Of a stretch of DNA of 43,371 bases, positions 8,310-16,277 are shown in pieces. Every line of letters begins with the position of its first letter. Position 1 is the stretch's first letter. Source of the DNA: Candidatus Woesearchaeota archaeon (GTDB lineage Archaea; Nanobdellota; Nanobdellia; Woesearchaeales; J072); assembly GCA_003695265.1 (NCBI GenBank), contig RFII01000047.1:1-43371 (forward strand), given 5' to 3'. The translations under genes were made by a program, and so were the position numbers. The notes under the pieces are model-generated. The model did no database searches. It was not told the DNA's origin and was given only the letters and a program-made list of their open reading frames with translations.

Positions 8310-9619
8310 GCATCTTCAGGTCTTATGACATTAGAGGGACTTACCCTGACCAATTGAATGAGGAAATCGCCTATAAAATTGGAAGAGCTTTTGCGAGGCG
8401 CTCAAAGGCAAGCGAAATTACAGTGGGAAATGATATGAGGCTGTCAGGACCTGTGCTGAAAAAGGCTTTAATAAGAGGAATTACAGATGAGGGCGTGAAT
8501 GTTAAGGACATAGGCCTCGTTCCAGTGGATGCAGTCTACTCTTCTGTCGGAATTTTTGGTGATGAAGCAGCTGTGATGATAACCGCTTCTCATAATCCAA
8601 AAGAATACAATGGTTTTAAAATGGTTCTTAAGGGAATGAACTGGGTTCGCGGCTTAGAGCTTGAAGAAGACATAAAAAAGCTTCCCGGACTAGAAAAAAA
8701 GCAAAAAGGAAATGTCAGGAAAGAAGATATTATTCCCAAATACATTAATCATGTTTTATCATTTGTGGAAATCAACAAAATAAAACCATTCAAAGTAGTG
8801 GTTGATGCTGGGAATGGAATGGCAGGAAAAATAATACCAATCCTTGAAAAAAGGCTTCCTATTAAGGTGATACCTTTAAATTTTGAGTTGGACGGCAATT
8901 TTCCAGCGCATCCCTCCAACCCATTATTGCCTGAAAGCCAAAAGCAGGCAAGTGAGGCTGTTCTGGAAAAAAATGCTGACTTCGGCGTGATATTTGACGG
9001 TGACACGGACAGAGTTTTTTTCATAGACGAGAAAGGAAAATTTGTAAGGGCTGACATAACATTGCTTCTTCTTGCAAGACTATTCTTGAAAAAAGAGCCT
9101 GGAAGCGGCATTGTTTATAATGTTATCTGCTCACACATAGTTCCTGAGATGATAAAAAAGTGGGGTGGTAAGCCAATAATATCAAAAGTAGGTTTTGTGA
9201 ACATTTCTAGAAACCTGAGGGAGAAAAATGGCATTATGGGTGGTGAATTGTCAGCTCATTACTCTTTCAGAGACAACGCTTATGCTGATTCTGGTTTTAT
9301 AGCTTTCCTAATATTATTGCAAGAATTATCTGCATATGATAAAAAGCTTTCAGAGATTGTAAAACCTTTTAATAAGTACGTAAAAACAGATGAGATCAAC
9401 CTCAAGCTTGACAACATCCCAATGGCTCTTGAGAAAATAAAACAAGAGTTCAAAGACGGGAAAATTGATGAGTTAGATGGCATTACAGTAAATTATGATA
9501 ACTGGTGGTTTAATGCCCGCCCGTCAAACACCGAGCCATTACTAAGAATAACTGTTGAAGCTGATTCTGAGACAGTACTAAACACTAACAAAAACAGGAT
9601 TTTAGAGCTTCTCAAATAA
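8306..9619 (+). CDS. Phosphomannomutase/phosphoglucomutase
   Basis: MSIFRSYDIRG, active-site TASHNPKEYNGFK, metal loop FDGDTDR. ATGA start/stop overlap with the upstream gene. Confidence 0.9.
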   Translation: MSIFRSYDIRGTYPDQLNEEIAYKIGRAFARRSKASEITVGNDMRLSGPVLKKALIRGITDEGVNVKDIGLVPVDAVYSSVGIFGDEAAVMITASHNPKEYNGFKMVLKGMNWVRGLELEEDIKKLPGLEKKQKGNVRKEDIIPKYINHVLSFVEINKIKPFKVVVDAGNGMAGKIIPILEKRLPIKVIPLNFELDGNFPAHPSNPLLPESQKQASEAVLEKNADFGVIFDGDTDRVFFIDEKGKFVRADITLLLLARLFLKKEPGSGIVYNVICSHIVPEMIKKWGGKPIISKVGFVNISRNLREKNGIMGGELSAHYSFRDNAYADSGFIAFLILLQELSAYDKKLSEIVKPFNKYVKTDEINLKLDNIPMALEKIKQEFKDGKIDELDGITVNYDNWWFNARPSNTEPLLRITVEADSETVLNTNKNRILELLK

Positions 9620-9717
9620 AGAAAAAACAGAAAACCACAACTTTTATATATAGGAATAATTTCTTTTATTCTTGAGAGAGAAAGGAAGTGGGAAAAAAGT
9701 GCTTTCTCGTGAATATT

Positions 9718-10098
9718 ATGGCTAAAACCAAACCTTTATTACCAAGTCTTCGTGAGAATAAACGATACCTTGTTTTCAAAGTAATTTCAAAAGGAAAACT
9801 GACTGACTTTTCAAAAATAGCCAAGGCAATAGAATTAGCAGCAAACAAACTCCTAGGATTCTTAGGCGTTGCAAAAGCCGGAATAGTGCCCCTAAGGGAT
9901 AAATGGAATCAGAGAACCCAGACAGGAATAATCAGAGTTAACACAAAATACGTTGATCACCTGAAATCAAGCTTAAGCCTCATCAATAAAATTGGTAGGA
10001 AGAGCGTTGTTATTAGGAGTTTGGGCGTTTCAGGCATACTGAAGAAAACCGAGCGCTTCGGTGCAGAAAGATCTTATAAAGTGGTGTATAAGAAATGA
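9718..10098 (+). CDS. rnp2: RNase P protein component 2 (Pop5 homologue)
   Basis: LPSLRENKRYLVFKVIS N-terminus is typical of archaeal Pop5. It holds the first position of the conserved exosome superoperon. Confidence 0.7.
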   Translation: MAKTKPLLPSLRENKRYLVFKVISKGKLTDFSKIAKAIELAANKLLGFLGVAKAGIVPLRDKWNQRTQTGIIRVNTKYVDHLKSSLSLINKIGRKSVVIRSLGVSGILKKTERFGAERSYKVVYKK

Positions 10099-10168
10099 AA
10101 TTACAAAACTTTCACGAAATGTTTATTTTTGTAATAAATGCAACAACTGTAAAAGGAGGAGAACCAAA

Positions 10169-10897
10169 ATGCAACAACCATTACCTCACCAATTAATGGG
10201 ATATGACAGAGCAATAACAATGTTCAGCCCTGATGGAAGGCTGCTGCAGGTAGAATACGCTAAGAAAACTGTTAAGCAGGGCTCAACAGCTATTGGGGTT
10301 GTGTGCAAGGATGGCGTTTTGCTCGTGACTGACAAGAGAATAATAGACAAACTGGTCGTGCCTGAAGCTGTTGAGAAAATTTCCCAAATAGATGATCACA
10401 TAGCTGCAACCGCATCCGGCATAATATCTGATGCACGCGTCCTCATTGAAAGAGCGCAGCTTTACGCGCAGCAACACCGCGTAACATATGACTCACCTAT
10501 TGATGTTCTGAGCGTTGTGAAAGATATTTGCTCATTAAAGCAGATATGCACTCAGTCAGGCGGTTTGAGGCCCTTTGGGGTTTCGCTATTAATAGCAGGT
10601 ATTGACAATGGAAAACCAAAGCTTTTCCAAACAGACCCTACAGGAATATACTTTATGTATAAAGCTGTTGTTATTGGGGAATTCAGCAGTGAGATAGAGG
10701 AAGTCCTCCATAAAAAGTACAAGCCAGACATTACTATTGATGAAGCCTTAAAGCTTCTTGTAAAAACTTTGGCAGACGTTTTGGAGGACAACTTTTCTGA
10801 GGACAGGATAGACGCTGTTTACATAAAAACTGAGGATAAAAAATTCACGCCTGTGCCCCAATCATCAATAATGAGAATAATCAGCAAGAAAAAATAA
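10169..10897 (+). CDS. psmA: Proteasome subunit alpha
   Basis: GYDRAITMFSPDGRLLQVEYA signature. AGGAGG lies 8 nt before the ATG at 10169. Confidence 0.95.
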   Translation: MQQPLPHQLMGYDRAITMFSPDGRLLQVEYAKKTVKQGSTAIGVVCKDGVLLVTDKRIIDKLVVPEAVEKISQIDDHIAATASGIISDARVLIERAQLYAQQHRVTYDSPIDVLSVVKDICSLKQICTQSGGLRPFGVSLLIAGIDNGKPKLFQTDPTGIYFMYKAVVIGEFSSEIEEVLHKKYKPDITIDEALKLLVKTLADVLEDNFSEDRIDAVYIKTEDKKFTPVPQSSIMRIISKKK

Positions 10898-10898
10898 G

Positions 10899-11618
10899 AT
10901 GGACAGGAAAACATTTGACCATGAAAGAATAACTTTTAATCTAGCCAGGTTAAGAAAGGGCGGGAAAACTTTTGAGATAGCAATAGACCCTGACTTGGCA
11001 ATAAGCTACAAGCACGGCGCAGATGTTGATATAAGTGAAATAGTAAAGTCTGAGCACATTTTCTCTGACGTAAAAAAAGGAGAATTAGCAAGTGAAACTG
11101 ACCTGAGAAACATTTTTGGAACTGAAAAACCGTTAGAGGTTGCAGAAATAATAATTAAAGAAGGTGAGATTCAGTTAACAGCAGAGTATCGCAAAAAAGT
11201 ACGTGAAGAAAAACTAAACAAAATAATTTATTTGATTCACCGCAACGCAGTAGACCCAAAAACCAACTTACCACACCCCCCAGATAGAATCCAATCTGCT
11301 ATTAAAGAAGCAAAAGTTAGGATTGATGAGTTCAAAAAAGCAGAGGACCAAGTGCAGGACGTGCTAAAGAACATTCGAGAAATTATTCCGATAAAATTAG
11401 AGGTTAAAAAACTTCAAGTTGTTATTCCAGCAGAATATGCTGCTAAATCATATTCCACCGTTAAGAGATTTGGCAAAATGCTCAAGGAGCAATGGAACAA
11501 TGATGGTTCTTTAACTGCTGTTATTGAGGTTCCTGGAGGAATGGAATCAAACTTTTATGATAAGCTAAACTCTTTAACTCATGGAAACAATGAGGTTAAA
11601 GTGTTAAACACAATGTAG
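10899..11618 (+). CDS. SBDS-family ribosome maturation protein
   Basis: 239 aa. Sits between psmA and rrp4, as in the archaeal superoperon. N-terminal FYSH-like LARLRKGGKTFEIAIDPD. Confidence 0.85.
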   Translation: MDRKTFDHERITFNLARLRKGGKTFEIAIDPDLAISYKHGADVDISEIVKSEHIFSDVKKGELASETDLRNIFGTEKPLEVAEIIIKEGEIQLTAEYRKKVREEKLNKIIYLIHRNAVDPKTNLPHPPDRIQSAIKEAKVRIDEFKKAEDQVQDVLKNIREIIPIKLEVKKLQVVIPAEYAAKSYSTVKRFGKMLKEQWNNDGSLTAVIEVPGGMESNFYDKLNSLTHGNNEVKVLNTM

Positions 11619-11631
11619 AGGATTGATAAAA

Positions 11632-12318
11632 ATGAGTGAATTAATAGCAAAGGAGAGAGATGTTGTTATTCCAGGAGAGATAATTGCAAAAGGAATGGAT
11701 TATTTGCCTGGGATTAACGCATCAAGACAAGGAGAAAATATAATTGCGAACAGGACAGGACTAGTTGAGATAAATGGTAGGGTAATAAAAATAATACCTT
11801 TATCAGGAAGGTACATGCCAAAAGAGAAGGATAGGGTTATAGGAAAAATCATAGATATAAACCTGGGCGGATGGAGGCTTGACATAAACTCAGCTTACAC
11901 TGCAATGCTCTCTATGAAAGAGGCAACTTCAGACTTTATCACGAAAGGAGCTGATTTAACCCAGTACTTTGACATTGGTGATTATGTTATAACTAGAATA
12001 ACCCAAGTCACAAGCCAAAAACTGGTTGATGTTTCGATGAAAGGCCCTGGATTAGGCAAGCTCAAGAATGGTAGGATCCTATCAATAAAGCCTAACAAGG
12101 TGCCGAGAGTTATTGGCAAGCAAGGATCAATGGTCAACCTTATTAAAGAAAAAACAAATTGTAAGATTGTAGTTGGCCAGAATGGGCTTGTCTGGATACA
12201 GGGGAGCCCAAAAGATGAATTAAAAGCTGTTGAGACTATAAGAATGATTGAGGAAAAAGCTCACATACCTGGTTTAACAGACAAAATCAAGGAATTTCTT
12301 GAGACAAACAAGCAATAA
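11632..12318 (+). CDS. rrp4: Exosome RNA-binding subunit Rrp4 (S1 + KH)
   Basis: S1-like GDRVIGKIIDINLGGWRLDI and KH-like KVPRVIGKQGSMVNLIKEKT. The ATG at 11632 follows GAGGA. Confidence 0.9.
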   Translation: MSELIAKERDVVIPGEIIAKGMDYLPGINASRQGENIIANRTGLVEINGRVIKIIPLSGRYMPKEKDRVIGKIIDINLGGWRLDINSAYTAMLSMKEATSDFITKGADLTQYFDIGDYVITRITQVTSQKLVDVSMKGPGLGKLKNGRILSIKPNKVPRVIGKQGSMVNLIKEKTNCKIVVGQNGLVWIQGSPKDELKAVETIRMIEEKAHIPGLTDKIKEFLETNKQ

Positions 12319-12330
12319 TAGGTGATTATT

Positions 12331-13044
12331 ATGGTTTACAAAGAAAGACTAAACAAGAGAGGTTTTGATGAGCCTCGGAAAATAGAAGCAAAAACTGGAG
12401 TAATAAAGAAAGCTGATGGGTCAGCTTACTTCAGAATAGGTAACACTGCTGCTTACGCAGCTGTTTATGGCCCGAGAGATCTCTACCCTAAATTCTTGCA
12501 GAACCCAAAAGAAGGTATTTTGAGATGCAAATACAATATGATGCCATTCTCAGGAAGAGGGGAAAGAGTAAGACCAGGGCCTTCAAGGAGGTCAAGGGAA
12601 ATATCTTTAGTTACTGAGAGGGCTCTTCTGCCCGTCCTGAACCTTGAGGATTTCCCAAACGCTGTCGTAGACGTTTTTATCGAGCTCCCTCAAACAGAGG
12701 CTGGCTCGAGATGTGCTGGCATTTGCGCTGCTTCAATGGCTTTGGCTGATGCTGGCATTCCAATGAAAGGAATGGTAAGTGCTGTCTCTGTGGGAAGGGT
12801 TGATGATAAGATTTTGGTTGATCTTGACTATACTGAGGAGTCCTACGAGGGCGGCCCGGTTGCTGACATTCCAATAGCAATTGTTCATGAAACAGGACAG
12901 TTCAGCCTCTTGCAAATGGACGGCTGCATAACAAAGGACATGCTCAGTAAAGCGTTTGAGCTCGGAAAAAAAGTGTGCGCAAAAATATATGAGGCACAAA
13001 AGCAGGCAATAAAAGACAGGTATAAGATTGGTGATGACAAATGA
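12331..13044 (+). CDS. rrp41: Exosome exonuclease subunit Rrp41 (RNase PH domain)
   Basis: RNase PH fold motifs DGSAYFRIGNTAAYAAVYGP and SRRSREISL. AGGTGA lies 5 nt before the ATG at 12331. Confidence 0.9.
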   Translation: MVYKERLNKRGFDEPRKIEAKTGVIKKADGSAYFRIGNTAAYAAVYGPRDLYPKFLQNPKEGILRCKYNMMPFSGRGERVRPGPSRRSREISLVTERALLPVLNLEDFPNAVVDVFIELPQTEAGSRCAGICAASMALADAGIPMKGMVSAVSVGRVDDKILVDLDYTEESYEGGPVADIPIAIVHETGQFSLLQMDGCITKDMLSKAFELGKKVCAKIYEAQKQAIKDRYKIGDDK

Positions 13045-13820
13045 ACAAAGAATTAAGAGAAAGCATACTCAAATCACTTAAAGAGGGAATAAGGTTTGAT
13101 GGTCGAAAACTTGATGAGTTTAGGAAGATTGAAGTGGAAACAGGCAGCATAAACACGGCAGAAGGCTCTGCCCATGTGAAAATAGGGAATACTGAAGTTC
13201 TTGCAGGAATAAAACTTCAGATTGAAGAACCCTACCCAGACACACCTGATGAAGGAATGATGATGGTTGGAATGGAATTGTTGCCTTTAGCTAATCCAGA
13301 GTTTGAGAGCGGCCCACCGACAGAAGAAGCTATTGAGATATCAAGAGTTATTGATAGGGGGATAAGAGAATCAAAGTGTATTGACATGAAGAAACTGAAT
13401 GTTAAGAAGGGAGAAAAAAGCTGGGCGGTCATGGTTGATATCGCGCCAATAAACGATGCTGGCAACCTTTTAGATGCGGGGTCATTAGCCGCAATACTAG
13501 CATTAAAAAACACAACAATGCCTGAATTTGACGGTGAGAAAATTGACTATAAAAAGAAGACGTCAAAAAAACTTCCATTAGGTAAGCTTCCTGTTTCAGT
13601 GACAATAGCCAAAATCGGTGATTATTTCATAGTTGATCCTAGCAGTGAGGAGGAGGAAGCATTAGACGCTAAGCTCACAGTTGCTTCTCTTGATGATGGC
13701 ACTTTATGTGCGATGCAAAAAGCTGGCTATAAGCCTTTAAGCGAGGATGACATTATGAAAATGATTGATATGTCGCTTAAAGCTGCCAAGAAACTGAGGG
13801 TGTACCATGAAAAAGCATGA
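13041..13820 (+). CDS. rrp42: Exosome subunit Rrp42 (RNase PH domain)
   Basis: GIRFDGRKLDEFRKIEVETG...AEGSAHVKIGNTEVLAGIK. ATGA overlap with rrp41. Confidence 0.9.
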   Translation: MNKELRESILKSLKEGIRFDGRKLDEFRKIEVETGSINTAEGSAHVKIGNTEVLAGIKLQIEEPYPDTPDEGMMMVGMELLPLANPEFESGPPTEEAIEISRVIDRGIRESKCIDMKKLNVKKGEKSWAVMVDIAPINDAGNLLDAGSLAAILALKNTTMPEFDGEKIDYKKKTSKKLPLGKLPVSVTIAKIGDYFIVDPSSEEEEALDAKLTVASLDDGTLCAMQKAGYKPLSEDDIMKMIDMSLKAAKKLRVYHEKA

Positions 13821-14043
13821 AACTCTTGGAAGGGAAACATTTACTAAGTATGAGAAGGCAAGGATTATTGGGAGCAGGGCTTTACAGCTCTCTTTGGGTG
13901 CTCCAATACTTGTTCCTATGGACGCAAAAAAACTCAAAGAGGTTGAGTACAACCCCATAAGAATTGCTTTGTTAGAATATGAAAAAGGGGTTATTCCAAT
14001 AACTATTAGAAGGCCCTTACCCAAAAAGAAGAAAACAAGCTAG
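13807..14043 (+). CDS. rpoK: DNA-directed RNA polymerase subunit K (Rpb6 homologue)
   Basis: 78 aa. TKYEKARIIGSRALQLSLGAP is the RpoK/Rpb6 core. Overlaps the rrp42 3' end by 14 nt. Confidence 0.85.
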   Translation: MKKHETLGRETFTKYEKARIIGSRALQLSLGAPILVPMDAKKLKEVEYNPIRIALLEYEKGVIPITIRRPLPKKKKTS

Positions 14044-14156
14044 AAAAGTATGTTGCATTTTTTGCAGTAAAACCTTATTGTTTTGTTTCCTTTCAGACAT
14101 CCGCCGCAGATAGGGCACGTTTTTAAAGTCACTGTTTTAGTTCTTCTTATACTCAT
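14040..14156 (-). CDS. Candidate 38-aa zinc-ribbon micro-protein (MSIRRTKTVTLKTCPICGGCLKGNKTIRFYCKKCNILF)
   Basis: Manual codon-by-codon translation. CPxC-x13-CxxC spacing. Starts 13 nt after the stop of the upstream minus-strand gene. Its stop overlaps the rpoK stop. Confidence 0.35.
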   Translation of the reverse strand: MSIRRTKTVTLKTCPICGGCLKGNKTIRFYCKKCNILF

Positions 14157-14169
14157 CAAAAAAAGCTGC

Positions 14170-15000
14170 TTAGCCGCCCATATAATAATTTAGCGGTTTT
14201 TCCTTTCTTTCCATCATACGAACAATTTCTTTTTTTGTGAGTGCCTTTTCTAAATGCTCTTTCATATTCTTGTTTTTTAGAAGCTCGCGCAGAAACTTGA
14301 AATTAGAGCGTTTGCTAAGGATTTCAGGAATAGTCTTAGATAGTTTTTCTGGCTGTCTCAATGTTGATTTTCTCAGAATTTCTTTTATTTCCTCCTCAAA
14401 ACTTTTCTTAGCAAGAATCCTGATTATTTCTGAGTCCTTCAGAAGGTTTTTAATTAGTTTTTCTCTTGCAGGAATTGTCAGGGCCTGAAAAGTGCCTTGT
14501 TGAGTGATCAATCTGGCAAGCATTTCTGGTTGGGCAAGGTGCAAATATTTGATAAGTTGCAAAGATCTTATTATGTTATTTTGGTAATTCTGCTTGTCTA
14601 ATTCAAGTAAAACCTCGCTTAAGACTTTGTTAAAATCTAAAATTGTGATTCCCGTGATCTTTTCCAATTCTTCCCTCTTTGTTGTATGGCCAACAACAAG
14701 TACTTTCTGGTAAGGGATATCCTTGCCGACGTACTTGTTTATTATTTGATTAATCATTTTAGTTACTGTTCTATCATTGAATTTGTTCTGGTAATCTTCT
14801 ATTGTTAAATTATCAGTTGTTGTTGAGCAGCTTATTTCGATATGAGCAAAATCTTTGAGAACGCCCTTCTGCATTCTCAGCGCAATCATGTCAATAACCT
14901 TGTTTTTAGACGCGTTTATGCTGTTAATAGTGAAGAAACCTCTCTTGTTAAGCCACCAAGTAACTATTTCGTTCTCAGGCTTCAATCCTGACACCCCCAA
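14170..15000 (-). CDS. Hypothetical protein: N-terminal Hjc/PD-(D/E)xK-like segment plus helical K/E/L-rich C-terminal half
   Basis: 276 aa. ENEIVTWWLNKRGFF...IDMIAL...HIEISC resembles the E...D...ExK nuclease-fold pattern, but with Ser at the Lys position. The start is TTG at 15000 or GTG two codons later; there is no nearby ATG. Confidence 0.55.
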   Translation of the reverse strand: MGVSGLKPENEIVTWWLNKRGFFTINSINASKNKVIDMIALRMQKGVLKDFAHIEISCSTTTDNLTIEDYQNKFNDRTVTKMINQIINKYVGKDIPYQKVLVVGHTTKREELEKITGITILDFNKVLSEVLLELDKQNYQNNIIRSLQLIKYLHLAQPEMLARLITQQGTFQALTIPAREKLIKNLLKDSEIIRILAKKSFEEEIKEILRKSTLRQPEKLSKTIPEILSKRSNFKFLRELLKNKNMKEHLEKALTKKEIVRMMERKEKPLNYYMGG

Positions 15001-15004
15001 CGTG

Positions 15005-15550
15005 TTATAAAGGTTTATCTGCTGACGCAGGCCTGACTCTAATCAAAAATATTAGGTAAGCATAGGATATTATTAGGTTCACAAACAGCAGAACGCCTAT
15101 GTCAAGCTGCTGAAAATAAAGCGGGCTGTACATTGCAAGAAAATAATACCCTATGCATAATAATAATGGGATAATCCATAGAAAGGACCTTTTCTCAAAC
15201 GATATTCTTCTCACAATATAAATAGTTAAGAATAGGCTGACTGTCAGTGGCAGGAGACCAAGTACTATGTTAAAAACGTTTTCAGCATTAGATGCTGACA
15301 AGAATAATATCAGAAGAAGATATGTTGCTATTGCAGCAACGATTGTAAAAACACCATACTCTTTTTTTGACCTTGATTTACTATCTTTTGTATGCTTCTC
15401 CTGCACGCTTGTAATCTCCTCAATTAGCTTTGGGTCATGGCCTACATCAACAAGAACTTTTTTTAAAGTTTCTAGAGAATGACCTTTCTCCATCTCAGTA
15501 ACTATGTATTCTAATATCTCTCTTTTCAGAGCCTCTTTTTCATTGGTCAT
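15005..15550 (-). CDS. Membrane protein with a soluble N-terminal domain and about 4 TM helices
   Basis: 181 aa. Hydrophilic residues 1-65, then hydrophobic helices (VFTIVAAIATYLLLILFL, VLGLLPLTVSLFLTIYIV, and others). A 4-nt gap separates it from the downstream gene. Confidence 0.6.
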   Translation of the reverse strand: MTNEKEALKREILEYIVTEMEKGHSLETLKKVLVDVGHDPKLIEEITSVQEKHTKDSKSRSKKEYGVFTIVAAIATYLLLILFLSASNAENVFNIVLGLLPLTVSLFLTIYIVRRISFEKRSFLWIIPLLLCIGYYFLAMYSPLYFQQLDIGVLLFVNLIISYAYLIFLIRVRPASADKPL

Positions 15551-15718
15551 ACGCTATATGAGGCTGTTTTAGTATATAAAAGTTGTGCATTTTAGTTAAG
15601 CCAGCTTAATTGTGATGAACATTATTGTTAAGGAGTATGGGTGAGGTTAAGAATTTTTACATAATTAATTGGATTTCAAAAAGCTTAAATAAGATAAGTT
15701 GGACAAATTAATAGTGTT

Positions 15719-15931
15719 ATGCCAAAAAAAGGGTATGTTTCAGAAGATGAATACAATAAGTTGAAGAAATGGTATGAGGAGGCTCTTGCTGAAAAGGATA
15801 AGAAAATAAAAGAGTTAGAGGAAAAGAATCTCTTGCTCTTGAAAACAGCTTTAAAGCAGTCAGAGCACGCAGAGCATTGGGCTCACTTAGCGCACAGATT
15901 GGAAGGAGAAAAGAAGAAAAGAGGAAAATAA
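15719..15931 (+). CDS. Small coiled-coil protein, 70 aa
   Basis: ORF track. Heptad-like K/E/L sequence. CTTAAATAA box (15684-15692) lies about 31 nt upstream of the ATG. Confidence 0.45.
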   Translation: MPKKGYVSEDEYNKLKKWYEEALAEKDKKIKELEEKNLLLLKTALKQSEHAEHWAHLAHRLEGEKKKRGK

Positions 15932-16024
15932 ATACAAAAAAATATTTTTTCAAACCTGTCTGCACTGGAAACAAATAAAATATATGCAAAAAATTTAAAA
16001 AATAGTTGTTTCCAAAAAACCAAA

Positions 16025-16195
16025 ATGCAAGAAGAAGATTATATGGATGATGAAGCAGACATTTATGAAGAGAGAGAAGCAGAGGACCTCCTTGAGAACG
16101 ACGAGGTAAGCCCGGAAGAGGAAGCCTTCATGAAAGGGTATGACGAGGAGGACGAGGCTTTTGCTAATAGTGGCAAGGATGAGGAGGAAGAGTAA
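16025..16195 (+). CDS. Candidate 56-aa extremely acidic protein (MQEEDYMDDEADIYEEREAEDLLENDEVSPEEEAFMKGYDEEDEAFANSGKDEEEE)
   Basis: Manual translation; below the ORF-track cutoff. ATTTAAAAAATA box (15992-16003) is centred about 28 nt upstream of the ATG. Confidence 0.4.
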   Translation: MQEEDYMDDEADIYEEREAEDLLENDEVSPEEEAFMKGYDEEDEAFANSGKDEEEE

Positions 16196-16243
16196 ATAGA
16201 TTTCTTTGCTTTTTTATAGGGAAACCTATCTTAAAATAACCTA

Positions 16244-16255
16244 AAATTATAAATA
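16244..16255 (+). promoter_or_regulatory. TATA-like AAATTATAAATA, ~28 nt upstream of the argS copy 1 ATG
   Basis: Read directly. Confidence 0.4.
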
Positions 16256-16277
16256 TGTGCTGGAATTTTATTCTCTT

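Noticed and set aside
10061-10168. Upstream extensions offered by the ORF track (psmA from 10061, rtcA from 32576, grpE from 38352, S17e from 18839, the NTP-transferase from 7410, Pop5 from 9688, the ADI-like gene from 24009)
   Set aside because: The extensions start at non-ATG codons or overlap the preceding gene, and they add non-homologous residues. Internal ATGs preceded by GGAGG-like sites or by a TATA box at about -27 give the canonical N-termini.
14040-14156. Calling the 38-aa zinc-ribbon ORF RNA polymerase subunit P (Rpb12) because it lies next to rpoK
   Set aside because: The CxxC-x13-CxxC spacing and the C-terminal ILF are reminiscent of RpoP. However, the ORF is on the opposite strand from rpoK, the N-terminal region does not match what I recall of RpoP, and the protein ends right after the second CxxC. 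The evidence is insufficient.
15612-15618. GTGATGA (C-box-like) in the 15551-15718 spacer, considered as a C/D-box sRNA
   Set aside because: There is no CTGA D box, no D'/C' pair and no terminal stem within the following ~70 nt on either strand.
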